Assembly (NCBI RefSeq): GCF_964194155.1
Contig: NC_135893.1
Coordinates: forward strand, 52,204,001 to 52,268,000
Length of the DNA: 64,000 nucleotides
Reading direction: 5' to 3'
Origin: Cetorhinus maximus
Taxonomy: Eukaryota
The notes under the pieces were generated by a model. That model searched no databases. It saw only the letters and a list, made by a program, of their open reading frames with translations, and was not told the DNA's origin. Positions 39,078 to 52,867 of this stretch are shown in pieces. Numbering within the stretch: position 1 is the first letter of the stretch; the number at the start of each line of letters is the position of its first letter. The translations under genes and the position numbers were made by a program.

Positions 39078-39744
39078 GGGATTTACCAGAACCAGGATAG
39101 TAGCAGGGATGAGGAACTTCAGTTATGTGGAGAGACTGGAGAATTGATGATTGTTCTGTCAGTGCAGAGAAGGTTAAGGGGAGATGTGATAGAGATGTTG
39201 AAGTTATGTGGGGATTTGATAGAGTAGGCAGAAAGAAACTGTTTCCGCTCACTGTAGCATTGGTAATGAGAGTAGTCTAATTTAAAATAATTGGCAGAAG
39301 ATCTAAGAAGGAGGGCGGAATGATTAGGATTTTTTTTTCACAACATGACGTTTTACATTAAGCACTGGACAACATGGAAAGGTGGTGGGAGTGATTCCAC
39401 AGTAACTTTTAAAAGGGAATTGAATAGATAGTTGAGAAGGAGAAATATGCAGGTCTATGGGGAAAGAGCAGGAGAGTGGGGCTAATTGGATCGCTCTTTC
39501 AAACAGCTGGCATGGAAATGATGAGTCAAATGGTCTCCTTTTATGATGTATGATTCTATAATCTAGCTGCCTTATATTTATTACTAAATGCATTTTAAGT
39601 ACTTTTGCTCTTTTTAGGTTAAATTCACACCACAACTGTATCGCTTGTTAAGAAGCTATGTGGCAAGACTGAATGTCCACTCTGACATGAGAATAAAGAG
39701 GATGAGTGAGCTTGCTTCCTCCCAAGTGTCTTACTCCACTTCAC

Positions 39745-42220
39745 TCAAGAATCATACAAACTTACAAAATAGAAGCAGAAGTAGGCCATTCAGCCCCTTC
39801 AGCCAGTGGCGCCATTCAATAAGATCATGCCTGATTTGTTTGTGTTTTGAATTCCTCATTCCCATCTCACCCCGATAACCTTTGATTCCCTTGCCTAACA
39901 AGAATCTACCCACCTCCGCCTTAAAAATATTCAAAGACCCCGCCTCCACCACCTTCTGAGTCAGAGAGTTCCAAAGTCGCACAACCCTCTGAGAGAAAAA
40001 AATTCTCCTCATCTCTGTCCTAAAAAGGCAACCCCTTATTTTAAAACAGTGTCCCCTAGTTCTGGACTCACCCACAAGAGGAAACATCCTTTCCATGTCC
40101 ACCTTGTCAAGACAGTTCGGGATCTTATATACTTCGATCAAGCCACCCCTCACTCTTCTAAACTCCAGTGGAAACAAGCCCAGCCTGTCTAACCTTTCCT
40201 CATAAGACAACCCACTCATTCCAGGTATCAATCTAGTAAATCTCTTCTGAACCCCCTCTAATGCATTTACATCTTTCCTTAAATAAGGACACCAAAACTG
40301 CCCACAGTATTTGAGATGTGGTCACATCAATGCCCTGTAAAACTGAAGCATAACATCATAACTTTTATGTTCAATTCCTCTAGTAATAAAGGATAGCATT
40401 CCATTAACCTTCTTAATTACAGGCTGTATCTGCATACTATTTTTTGTGACTCATGCACTAGAACACCTAGATCACTCTGCACCTCGGAATTCTGCAGTCG
40501 TTCTCTGTTAAGTAATACTCTGCTTTTTTATTCCTCCTGCCAATGTGAACAAGTTCACATTTTCCCACATTATACTCCATCTGCCAGATTTTGGCCCACT
40601 CACTTAGCCTATCTATATGTGTCTGCAACCTCCTTCTGTTCTCTTCACAACATACTTTCCTACTATCTTTGCATCGTCTGCAAATTTAGCTACCATGCCT
40701 TCACTCCGCTCACCTAAGTCACTGAGATAAATTGTAAAAATTTGAGGGCCCAACACAAACTCCTGTGGGACTCCACTCGTCACATCCTGCCTATTAGAAA
40801 AAGAGCCATATATGCACACTCTCTGCTTTTTTGCCAACCGGTCAATCTTCGATCCACACTAATATGTCACCCACTACACCATGAGCTTTTATTTTCTGCA
40901 ATAACCTTTGATGTGGCATTTTATCCAATGCCTTCTGGAAATCCAAGTACAGTACATCTACAGCCTCCCCTTTATTCACAGTGCATGTTACTTCCTCAAA
41001 GAACTCCAATAAATTGGTTAAACATTGTTTCCCTTTCACAAATCCATGTTGACTCTTCCCGATTACCTTAAGTTTTTCTAAGGGCCCAGCTAAAACCTCC
41101 TTAATGGTTGATTCTAACACCTTCCCCACGACAAACATCAAGCTAACTGGCCTTTGGTTTCCTGTTTTCTGCCTTCCTCCCTTCTTATATTTGTTACTTT
41201 CCAGTCTGATGGAACCTTTCCAGAATCTAGCCAATTTTGAAAAATTAACACCAACGCATCTACTACCTCATAAGGCAGCTCTTAGAAGACCCTAGGATGA
41301 AGTTCATCAGGACCCGGAGGCTTGTCAGCCCACAGCTCCATCAGTTTGCTTAGTACCGCTTTCCTAGTGATTGTAATTTCACCAAGTTCCCCTCTCCTTT
41401 CCACCTCCTGATTTATAGTTATCACTGGAATGTTTTTTGTATCCTCTATAGTGAAGACAGAAGCAAAATATTTGTTCATTTCATCCGCCATTTCCTTATT
41501 ATCTACTATTAACTCCCCACTGTCACTGTCTAGAGGATTGACACTCACTTTACCTACTCCTTTCCTTTTTAAATACCTGTAGAAATTCTTGCTATCCATT
41601 TTTACACTTCTAGCTAGCTTCCTGTCATACTCTAAATTCTTTCTCCTGATTAACCTTTTAGTCATTCTCTGCCGTACTTTATTTTCTGACCAATCATCTT
41701 TGCGCAGTTATATGCTTATTCCTTAAATTTGATACTTTCCCTGACTTCTTTCGTCAGCCACGGATGGTGGAACCTCCCTTTAGAATTTTTCTTTGTAGTA
41801 GGAATTTACTTATTCTGAGTATTTTGAAATATCCCCTTAAATGTCTGCCACCGTTTCTCTATTGGTCTATCCTCTAGCCTAGTATTCCTGTTCACTTCAG
41901 CTAACTCAGCTTTCATGCCCACATAGTTGCCCTTATTTAAATTTAAAATACTAGTCTTAAAGTACACGCATTCAGATGGAGGGCATTTAGTTTTGTCTTT
42001 TTCTTATCTTTGTAACATCTAGTCTTGACTGTTGTTGTATTCTTAGGTCTTTTCTCTTGGTCCCTTCCTGCCATCCTCTGATCCTCATTTCTCATATTAC
42101 TATTTTGCTCTTTTCCCTTTCAAACTGGATATAACATTCAATCAAATTGTGATCACTGCTACCTAGGGGGTGCCTTTAACCTGAGGTCATTAAGTAATCC
42201 TGCCACATTACACAACACCA
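39745..42220 (-). mobile_element. CR1 LINE, most of ORF2 (decayed) plus 3' end
   Basis: KPPGPDELHPRV, QHGFVKGKQCLTNLLEFFE, YLDFQKA, GVPQ.FVLGP, FADDAK, LSYEERLDRLGL. Confidence 0.92.
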
Positions 42221-42221
42221 A

Positions 42222-42907
42222 GGGCAGAAATTTCCCCCTGTCCGGGGGGGGGTTGGGTGCAAACCCAACTGGTGCCCCCAATTGGGGCTGCGCCGCCATT
42301 TTACTTGGGTGGGCCAATTAAGGCCCGCCCAGCATGACGCACGCCCAGAAGCGCTGAACGCTCCCTGTGCAGGCGGGGGAGGGGGGATTCCCTGAGCCGG
42401 GACCTGTGCTCTTTTGTGTATGCACACAAAAGAACGCAGAAATCTCCCTGAGGCCTTAGGGAGATCGAGTTCGGAATGAAAGTTTTTATTAAAGATAGAG
42501 AAAAATTATTTAGACATGTCCCCTCATGTGACGGTGTCACATGAGCGGGGACACGTTTGTCAAATGTTTGAAATTTTAAAATTTAATTAATTAACCCTTC
42601 ATGAAGCCTCATCCCGCCTGTGGATGAGCTTTCGTGAAAAATATGAAGGCCGCCTGGGCTCTTTGCCTGCCCCCCAACCTTAAGGTTGGACGGGCAGCAT
42701 TCTTAACTACTTTAATTACTTACTTAATGGCCTTAATAGGCCTCTGTCAGTTCAGCGGGCGCGCAGCCAACTTGGCTGTGCGCCCGCTGAACTGAAAATT
42801 TAAATGACGCGTGGTGATGTCAGGATGCCCACCCGATGTCACCACGCATCATTTTACACGTTGGCGAGGGGGCCCTGCCCCTGCTCGCCCACCTGAAAAT
42901 TCTTGCC
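42222..42907 (+). mobile_element. MITE family A copy 3
   Basis: Termini GGGCAGAAATTT and AAAATTCTTGCC; flanks CAA/CAC; inserted in CR1. Confidence 0.85.
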
Positions 42908-42925
42908 CACATCTAACATAACCTG

Positions 42926-43460
42926 GGGCAGAATTTTTAGTTCGGCGTGCAGTCTCCTGCCCGACCCGCTCGAGTGTAAAGTAGAGCGTGATGACGTTGG
43001 GCGAGCGTCCCCGAAGCCATCCCGCGCTCGCGCAATATTTCAGTCAATGGGCATACGCAAACGTCGGAAGCGTTCCTGCTAACAATTAAGAGGGCAATTA
43101 AGTTCATTAAAGTTCCAATTGTCTCTGATTTTTCGTGGTCTGTCCAGCCTTATGGTTGGTGGAAGGGCGAATCCACCAGGTGGAATTTGTATTTTTGATG
43201 AAACCTCATCCAAGGGCGGGATGAGGTTTCCCTTATTAAACTTAAAAAAAATAGAAATGCACAGACAGAATTTTCATCATGTATACGTTAAGGTGACTGG
43301 TTCTGATGCATGGACATTTTTTTCGGGATTTTAAAACCTTTATTTATTGCTTTTAAATTCTCCAGCTCCCTGAAGCAGCTCTCTGCCATCAGGGTGCTCT
43401 CATTCCGCACTCCCCCGTGCCCGTGCTTACGTCAGCACCCACCCTCCTCCCACCCCCACC
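42926..43460 (-). mobile_element. MITE family A copy 4 (inverted, truncated)
   Basis: Begins GGGCAGAATTTT and reads as a diverged reverse complement of copy 3. Confidence 0.8.
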
Positions 43461-43985
43461 CTTAGGTCTTTTCACTCTGTTCCTTCCTGCCATTCTCTGA
43501 CCCTCATTTCCCATATTACTATTTTGCTCTCCTGCCTTCACTCTACCCCATGGTTTACTACATCTACCCAAACTTGACCCATCACCACACCACCACCCCC
43601 CGGTCCTTGTTTCGTTTAAAGCCCTCTCTACTTCCCTAGATATGCAGCTCGCTAGAGCACTGGTCCCAGCACGATTCAGGAGTCAGCCATCCCAATGATA
43701 CAGCCCCCGCTTTCGGCAGTACTGATGCCTGTGCCCCACGAACCGGAAGCCACTTCTCCCACACCAGTCTTTGAGCCACGCATTCATTTCTCCAATCTTA
43801 TTTGCCCTATGCTAATTTGCACGTGGCTCAGGTAGATTATTACCTTTGAGGTTCTGCTTCTTAATTTGGTACCTAGCCCCTTGTACTGGCTTTGCGGAAC
43901 CTCTGTCCTTGTCCTGCCTATGTCATTGGTACACACACAGGCCATGACAACTGGATCCTCCCCCTCCCACTGCAAGTTCCATTCC
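43461..43985 (-). mobile_element. CR1 upstream region with an SGNH-esterase-like ORF1 remnant
   Basis: EGEDPVVMACVCTNDIGR resembles the CR1 ORF1 esterase motif VVVHVGTNDIG. Confidence 0.7.
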
Positions 43986-44658
43986 AGGAATCAGGTTGGG
44001 TCTTAACTTTGGATATACAAAATTTAACTACTTGATGCTGATTGCAGTTGTAGTGTAATACTGCCTGCTTTTTGTTTAGATTTAAGGAATTAAATTTATC
44101 AACTCAACCATTGCATACAGTACTCCCCCAACTCCAGATCAGATGGAGTGTTCATTAATGTGTCATGTGCTACTTTGCAAATGGGGTCATGCTGCAGGTG
44201 GGTGGCTGAGAATAGAAACTGAAGTGCTTTGAGTTTAAAGGTACATGCTGTTCCTACTTGGTGCGCCACTAATACTCCGAGGAGTAGGCTATTGTCTGTG
44301 TTGTGGAAAAATAAACAAAATAAGCTGCTTGCACGTATGTCAATCTCTGCCCTCTCACCTCCAACACAACGTGAAACACATGCAAAATGGCAAAGGAGGA
44401 AAATAATTTTTGCCACAAGGGAAAGATATTTGTAGATGAAATAACCAAGCCTAATCAATGTCATTGAAATTTTAACCCTTTACCCTATTAGTGGGAACAG
44501 CTATTTTTCCACAGGTTGGTAGATTGAACCAGAGTAGAGCCAGAGTTCTCTCTCTAATACCCCAGCTAGAAGACGAGTGAGTGTATGTGCATGTCAGATA
44601 AGGATAAGATTGAAGTTTACTGTAATGTCCCACATTTGGAACGGTTTGCAGCTATTCA

Positions 44659-45159
44659 GGGTAGAATTTTACTGACCTAACCGGCAGGGAGCAGGTTGAC
44701 TAGAAAGTCAGAGGGGATTCCAGGGGAGGGAACTCCACAGGGTGCAGGGATTGTGGTTAATGATTTTGATCGGTTCCCTATCCAAAGGCCCAGGCTGATT
44801 GATAGCTTGGCCTATGGTCGAGCACAGCGCTGGCTACTGACAGCCACAGCATCAGATATGGTCAGCATGAGGGGTGTGAGGGTTTGATTGGTGGGGATCG
44901 GCCAGAGGAGGAGTGGTGATTTGTGGGCTGGGGTGGGGTAGAATATATTGAGCCTGGAGGGGTAGGAGAGAATCAGGCATAGTGGGGAGAGGGGGTTAAA
45001 ATCAAGGCCTGGTGGAGGCAGGGAGGGTTTGGGACTGCAAGGAGCATCAATTAAAGCCAGAAAAGGTGAGTTGGAGTCAAGAAACAGATTTCTGAGACTT
45101 TAACCTCCCCCAGCAACCTCATCCAAACCCGCTCATATTTTTAAGTTGAAAGTCAGTCC
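44659..45159. mobile_element. Harbinger-type MITE
   Basis: Termini GGGTAGAATTTT and GAAAGTCAGTCC; flanks TCA/TCG. Confidence 0.55.
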
Positions 45160-45342
45160 TCGCTTCCTAGGTTTACACATGAATGACCACCTGAAAGGGA
45201 AAAGAGGCTGTCAGCAATTACAAACATGTAACGAGCATTTGTCACTGTATCCAGAATGGTAGAAAATTGGAAAACAAAAATCCTGCACCTCAAACTGGAG
45301 TACAGCTTTAAACTGCTGCACCTAGACTCTATTGATTATTGT

Positions 45343-45432
45343 AAAATAAAAGCAAAAAACTGCGGATGCTGGAAATCCAAAACAAAAATAAAAATACCTG
45401 GAAAAGCTCAGCAGGTCTGACAGCATCTGCGT
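45343..45432 (-). mobile_element. Penelope pseudo-LTR fragment
   Basis: Matches 57009-57092, including the CTGCGGATGCTGGAAATCC end segment. Confidence 0.75.
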
Positions 45433-46189
45433 TAACTGTGTTCCTATTGATCACTGATTTATTTCCATTTTATTATTCGTACACACAATTATTCAATAGG
45501 AAACAAAGGGCTGCATTTTAGCCATCAAGGCGGCTAGCTCGAGTTGGGAAATTTCCCAACTTAGCAGACACGTTGCCATGGCAATGACCCCAGCACAGAA
45601 TATTTTCGCTCTGGTGGGGGGTGCGGGTGGGGGGCCGGGGCAGGATTGGGTCAGGCCCGCCGACCCCAGAAGGGCACTTAGGAGGCAAAGGAGGGCAGAT
45701 CACATCTTGGGCCCATTATAAAGGGCTGCCCTGGACACCATTCCTGCTGGGAGTGGGGAAGCTGGTGGGGTTTTGCAGATTTGTGAGAGGAGAAGTCTGT
45801 CAGCAGTCAACTGAGTAAGAATTGTAATTGTTGGCCAACTGGTTAGTGGCACTGGAAGTGATGGCCCATCACATGCCTTCCATAGAACACTATCAATTTT
45901 CATGCTGCCTATTGACCTTGTGTAACGAAGAACTATACAGCAGTATCTTGTTGCTGGCAAAGCTTCACAAGACCCAGTCATTCAGATAGCTGCACCTTGA
46001 CAGCTTCATTAGGTCCGGACACTCATTAACTGCATTTGAGGAATTTGTGATGATCTGACAATTCTTGAGAAGATGCAGTCCATCTGATATAGGTTCAACC
46101 ATAGTGATGTGAGGAAAGCAGTGGCAAGCACATGACTCTGCCACAGTGACCACAGAGCAGCTCCGGCCGCAGTCAGGATGTAATGTACG

Positions 46190-48405
46190 GACCTACGAAT
46201 TAGAAGCAGGAGTAGGCCACTCGGCCCCTCGAGCCTGTTCCACCATTCAATAAGATCATGGCTGATCTGATTGTAACTTCAACCCCACATTCCTGCCTAC
46301 CCCCAATAACCTTTCACGCCTCTTGTTAATCAAGAGCCTATCTCACTCTGCCTTAAAGATATTCAAAGACTCTGCTTCCACCGTCTTTTGACGAGAGGGT
46401 TCCAAAGACTCACAACCCTCTGAGAGAAAAAATTTCTCCTCATCTCTGTCTTAAATGAGCGACCCCTTATTTTTAAACAATGACCCCTTGTTCTAGATTC
46501 TCCCACAAGAGGAACCATCCTCTCCACATCCACCCTCAGGATCTTAAAGGTTTCAATTAAGTTGCCTCTTAGTCTTCTAAACTCCAGTGGATGCAATCCT
46601 AAATCCTAACCTGTCCAGCCTTTCCACACAAGACAATCTGTCCATTCCTGATATTAGTCTAGTAAACCTTCTCTGGTGTGCTTCTAACGCATTTACATCT
46701 TTCTTTAAATAAGCTAACCAGTATTATACACAATACTCCAGATGTGGTCTCACCAATGCCCTGTACAACTGAAGCATAACCTCCTTACTTTTGTAATCAA
46801 TTCCCCTCGCAATAAATTGTAACATTCTATTAGCTTTCCTAATTACCTGCTGTACCTGCATACTAACCTTTCGTGATTCATGCACTAGGACACCCAAATC
46901 GCTCTGAATCTCAGAATTTTGCAATCTCTCACCATTTAGATAATAAGCTTCTTTTTTTTATTTTTCCTGCCAAAATGAACAATTTCACATTTGCCCACAT
47001 TATACTCCATTTACCAGACCTTTGCCCACTCACTTAACCTATCTCCGGGCAACATTTCCCCCTACCGTTGGGGGGGGAAGTGCGGGAGCGGCGCAAGCGG
47101 GTGGGCTTCCAATTGGCACCCCAGGTCGGGGGGGGGGGGCGCCGCCATTTTACGTGGGCCGGCCAATTAAGGCCCGCCCAGTGTGACGTGCGCCTGGAAG
47201 CGCTATGCACTCCCTGTGCGGGCTGAGGGGGATTCCCTCAGCCGGGAGTGAGTTCTTTCGCACATGCACGCGGAAGAGCGCACAGATCTCTCTGAGGTAA
47301 AGTGCTGCCTCAGGGAGATCGACTCCCATTTAAAACTTTGAATAAAGATTTAAAAAAATTTCCCTGCCATATCCCCTGATGTGACACTGTCACATGAGTT
47401 GGGACATATCCATAACTTTTATTGTAAAATATTCTGCATTTTTTAAATCACTCATGAAACCTCATCCCACCCCGTGGATGAGGTTTCATGTTTTTTCACA
47501 AGCCCGCCTGGGCTCCCGGCCTGCCCGCCAATGTTAAGGTTGGACGGGCAGGTCCATTAATGTGTTCAATTGGTTTTTTAATGGCCTTAATAGGCCGTTG
47601 ACAGGTTGGCGGATGCACATCTGAGTTGGATGCGCGCCCGCCGAACTGACAATCTAAATGACGCGGAGTGACATCGAGACGCAAGCCAGACGTCACCCCG
47701 CGTTATTTTACACAGCGGCGAGCGGGCCCCGCTCCTGCTCGCCGACCGGAAGGTGCTGACCTATGTCACTTTGTAGCCTCCTTATATCCTCTTCACAATT
47801 TACTTTCTACCTATCTTTGTGTCATCTGCAAATTTAGCAACCATTCCTTCGGTCCCTTCATCTAAGTCATTCATATAAATTGTAAAAAGTTGAGGTCCCA
47901 GCACTAATCCCTGTGACACACCACTCATCACATCCTGCTAACCAGAAAAAGACTAAGTTATGTCAACTCCCTGCTTCCTGTTAGCTAGCTAATCTTCTAT
48001 CCATGCCAGTATGTTACCCCTTACACCATGAGCTTTTCTTTTCTGCAGTAACCTTTGCTGTGGCACTTTATCAAATGCCTTCTGGAAATCTAAGTACAGT
48101 ACATCAATCCGCTTTATCCACAGCATGTATGACTCCTTCAAAGAACTCCAATAAATTGGTTAAACATGATTTCCCTTTTATAAAGCCATGTTGACTCTGC
48201 CTGATTGCCTTGAATTTTTCTAAGTGCCCTGCTATAACATCTTTAATAATAGCTTCTAACATTTTCCCTATGACAGATGTTAGGCTAACTGGCCTATAGT
48301 TTCTTGCTTTCTGTCTCCCTTCCTTTTTGAATAAAGCAGTTACATTTGCTATTTTCCAATCCAATGGAACCTTCCCCGAATCTAGGGAATTTTGGAAAAT
48401 TAAAA
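46190..48405 (-). mobile_element. CR1 LINE RT plus 3' end, interrupted by a MITE
   Basis: VPLDWKIANVTALFKKEG...NYRPVSLTS, QHGFIKGKSCLTNLLEFF, LYRALVRPHLEYC. Confidence 0.92.
47047..47761 (+). mobile_element. MITE family A copy 5
   Basis: Colinear with copies 1 and 3; CR1 resumes at 47762. Confidence 0.85.
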
Positions 48406-50624
48406 CAAGCAATGTGTCTTTGAGTGAAGCTTCCATGTTTGCATGCTCCCATTCAATTGTTGCCTTTGTCCTTCTAGACAGTGGAGGCTATGGGCTGACA
48501 AGGAGCCTTGTTGTATTACCTCCTTGAACTTGCTGGAAGCCAGCTATGGAGGCAAAGCCCGTCGCCCTCTGTGTCTGCGATGCCACATCTGTGGGGAAGT
48601 TGATGTGCTCCCCCACCCAAGAAAAGAGTGTATCAGTGACAGGGGTGACGCAGCGGTGAGTGGCTAATTGGAAGATGCCGTAGAGGTCAGCGGCAGACCC
48701 CCGGAAGGAGCTGGCTGCATGGAAATTGAGGGTCACGGTAACCCTCAGTACAACAGGGGATCGGTTGATCATGGCATGAAATTTTCCTCTACCATGGCAC
48801 AGATGTTTCCAATTAATTCTCTTGAAATTTGGAACCTTTGCCTGTCCTGCCTCTGGGCCATATCGAGATAATGTCTTCAGGGACAGTACACCCTTTGCTC
48901 AAACTAATATCTCCTCCTCCTTTCTGCTGTGCTCTGCATTTGCTCTGCCACCTCCTGACTGGCTATCCTGGCTCTGCCCACATCATGCTGTTGCTACCGT
49001 TCCTCTATTGCCCATATTTGGGAAGGTGCCATGCCCACTTTATTCTCAACTCCCTCCCTCTTTTCGCTGCCAGGCTCACTGGGTGAAAAGCATGCTATCT
49101 GTCTCGTCTCCCGCTTGGCTGCCAGGGGGTACAGAATAATCCTGAGGGGCCACAGACACATTTGCCCTTCCCCTTTCACAACCCCACCCTCGAGTGCCAG
49201 TCATTTCCCAAGTTTTACTGGTCTCTCCTTCTGTGAATCCCTCCCGCGTGGCCTGCCACCAACCTCTACCTCCAAAGTAAGGCTTCAGGGTTTAAACTGT
49301 AACTTTTATAGAGCTCTGTGAAAGGAATGCACATCTTACATGAGGCCCTCAGGAGTGTTTACTCATCCACTGTAAATTTGTGAGTCCCGCACTGCGCTTA
49401 GGGCACCTGGTGCTGTGAAAATTGTACCTGTTTTAACTCAGCACTATATTCAAATAGCCCAGCAGATTTGCGTGCCTGTGTCGTTCATGCCCCGCCCCCT
49501 TTTTGCCCTACCAGCAAAGATGGGATCTGCCAGAAATGGGGGCGGGACTCCCGCATCCAGGTCCCACCCACCACTTTTAAAAGGTCTGCAGAGTCAGCTC
49601 AACTCCCCGAAAATCCTGCCCAAAATTGATAAGAAAGGGAACTAGGAATTAAAGGGTTAAATTTTAACGTGCCAGCTAAGTACACAGTTTCTTTAATAGC
49701 TGCACAATAGCGCATCATTTTCCACCATCTGCGTAACGTTCAATCTTTATACCAAGCTTCTTAATTCTCCTTTGGCACATGTGGCATTTTACTACCACCA
49801 TGGGAAGTTGGCATCATGAGCTTCAGTCAGCGACTCTCCGGGTAATTTTGCCTGTGACCAAGTCTATCAATACTGCTAAAGACATGACACTTCTCGGTAA
49901 TGACCTCTTTTCAAATGTAATCATTCATTTGCTTTAATTAAACTGCCATCAGAACACCTTCCTCCTGCATGCATGTTTTGCCAGCTTTCTGACATGATAA
50001 ATTCTATCTCCATTATCAGCAGATGTCCCCAGGTAGGCTTGCCACTGATGCACATCTTCAGCAAATACTTCAATAAGATGCGGAGGAATGTTCATTACAA
50101 GAATTGTCTCACTGTCATCAGAATTATTAACTGGCCAATTGACCAGATGTTGACCACAGCTATGGGATATATTGGCCCCGATATTCACTGGGGCAGAGTT
50201 TCATCGTTGATGGATGGGGGAAGTTATGGTCAGGTAATCCAGAAATTTAGGATTTCTAACTCCAGGGCATATCAGAATTTTATCTCCCAGATGCCATGCC
50301 TGACAGCCAGCTGCCTGTTGGATGGGGAAGGCTGCAGCTTAAGGTCGCAGCCCAGGAGCAGGAAGGTTTATTAGTGGTGGGAGAGACTGTGGGCAGGAGG
50401 GGGAGTGAGCAAAGCGTGGTTGAGCGGGAGTTGATGATCATGGAGGGAAGAGGGTTTGGGGGTGTGTTGCCAGATCACGGGGTGGGTGGGGAGATCGCAG
50501 GGGGAAGAGGGGGGGTCTCAGTGCTGGCGGGAGAGTTGAGGGGTTGTGGGGAAAGTGTGGAGGTCAGTACTGGGATCAGTAGGGTGAAGCTATTGGGCTT
50601 GGAGGAACCACTTCTGCTCTTTCT

Positions 50625-51350
50625 ACAACAACAATTTAAATTTAGACAATGTCCTTAATGGAATAAAGCATCACAAGGCATTATACAGTATGACACAGAG
50701 CCACACATGAAGGTTTTAGGGCAGATGGCCAAAAGCTTGGCCAAATAGGTAGATTTTAAAGAACTTTTTAAAGGAGGGAAGAGAGGGGGAGAGACAGAGG
50801 GGTTTATAGAGAGAACTCCAGAGTTTAGGGTGCAGGCAGTTGAATGTTGGATGCAGAGTGATTAAAATCAGGGGTGCTCAAGAGGCAAAAATTAAAGGAG
50901 TGCAGATATCCTGTGGAGTTGTAGGGCTGGAAGAGATAGGGGCGAGGCCAAGAAGAGATTTGAAAACAACGCTGTGAGAATTTTAACATTGAGGTGCTGC
51001 TTAACCAGGAGCCAATGTTGGTCTGCGAGCACAGATAGGTGGGTGAACGGGATTTAGTGTGAGTCAGGATGTGGGCAGCAGACCTTTGGATGACCTCAAG
51101 TTTACAAAGGGAAGAATGTGGGAGGCCAGTCAGGAGAGCATTAGAATAGTCAAGCCTAGGCATTGATGGAGGTTACAGGTGCAGGGGTCAGATGATGGTG
51201 TGGATATGTGAATAGAAACCCATTTCAGGATCAAATATTATATCAAGGTTGCAAAGTCTAGTTCAGCCCCACACAATTACCAGGACCGGACAGAGCAGGT
51301 AGCCCTGGAGTTTTGTGGTGGGGATGAAAAGAATGGCTTCAGTCTTTCCA
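50625..51350 (-). mobile_element. L2 LINE 3' portion
   Basis: PRLDYSNALLTGLP...LEVIQRSAAHILT is a classic L2 ORF2 C-terminal motif. Confidence 0.85.
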
Positions 51351-51359
51351 ATAATTAAT

Positions 51360-52470
51360 TACTTAATTGGAGGACATTTTAATGATCCATGTACTTGGAC
51401 CCCCAAGTCTCTTTGGACCCATACTTTTTCTAGCTTTTCACCATTTATATGGTATGCTGTTATATTCTTTTTAGGTTCAAAGTGGAAGACCTCACATTTG
51501 CCAACATTGAAATTAATTGGCCACCATTTTGCCCATTCACTTAATCTATCAACATCTCTTTTTAACTTTATGCTTTTTTCTACAGTGTCTGCAATGTTGC
51601 TTAACTTTGGGTCATCAGCAAACATGGATTTGTAGCTTTCTATCCCATCATCTAGGTTACTAATAAATACAATGAATAGATGAAGTCCGAACACAGCACT
51701 TGCAGGACACCATTAGTCATAGCCTGGATATTAGAGTACTTGTCCATTATCCCTACTCTCTGTCTCCTGCTACTTAGCCAATCTCCTAACCAGGTCAATA
51801 ATTTGACTTCAATTCGAGCTTCAACTTTAACTAACAGTCACTTATGTTAAATTTTTTCTGCAAGTCCATATAAATAACACCCATAGGCAGTTTCCTGTCC
51901 ACTACTTTAGTCACCTTTTCAAATTCAGATAGGTTCATCAGGCATGGTCTACCCATTAGGAATCCATGCTGGCTGTACCTGGTTAGCTGGAAGTTACCAA
52001 ACTGATAATTCCTCGGTTTCCCAGTGACAAGTACAATTTTTCAATCTGAAGGAACGGTTTCTGAATTGAGAGAATTTTGGAAGACTATAGTTAAGGCATC
52101 TGCAACATTCTCCCTTTTTTTAAAACTACTTTTATATTCCTAGAATGGAAGCCATCTGGTCCTGGGGGGCTGTCAGCCTTCTGTGCCATGACTTTCTTTA
52201 GCACTTCATTATTTTTGCTTACATTAATTTTGGCAACTCCTTGTACGTGGTTTAATGTTGATTTTCTTTGGATTTCCAGCATGCTGACCTCTCCCTCTAC
52301 TGTAAATACTGATGCAAAGTAATTATTATAAATGCCCACCATTGACAATGTCACCATTATCAGGTTTCAATGGCCCACCTTCCTCCTGACCATCCTCCTT
52401 TTCATAATATAATTGTAAACATTTTGTTGGGTGATTTCAATACCTCTTGCAAGCTTCTTTTCACACTCCC
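51360..52470 (-). mobile_element. CR1 LINE RT fragment
   Basis: PPGPDGFH, FADDPKL, FNVGKCEVFHF, QRDLGVQV. Confidence 0.85.
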
Positions 52471-52867
52471 TGTAATGTACGCCTGGCTAAAGCCACTTAC
52501 CTTATGCATCCAGCCCTGCTCACCTTCTTTCACCTGCTGGGTTTCCTGAGGCGCAGCCAACATTGCCTAAAAATAGAAACCTTGTTAAAATGGAGGCAAG
52601 TAGCCTCCTGAAAAGGTTTCAACAACCAGCCCAACTCCTGAGAGCAGATGGTCACCCGCCTTTCTTTCAGCCTCGGTCACGACCAGAGCAGGCACATTCG
52701 AGGCTGGCTGGAACTGTGTTTGAAATCTCTAACATTTCCAACTGACCCAAAACCCACACATTATTGGAGGTTAAAATTATCCCCATTATATCCACAGAGG
52801 AATAAGTGAACAGCAGAAGTATGGTAATAGTTTACAGTTTTTACCATAGCAAAAACAATTACATGAT

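Larger units (their letters stand above)
34215..39560 (+). mobile_element. CR1 LINE host fragmented by insertions (pieces ~34215-34688, 35753-35815, 39078-39560)
   Basis: RKQKIVVNG...PGVSIG..., FANDTKL, RGIEYK and CR1 3' region appear in the correct order. Confidence 0.7.
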
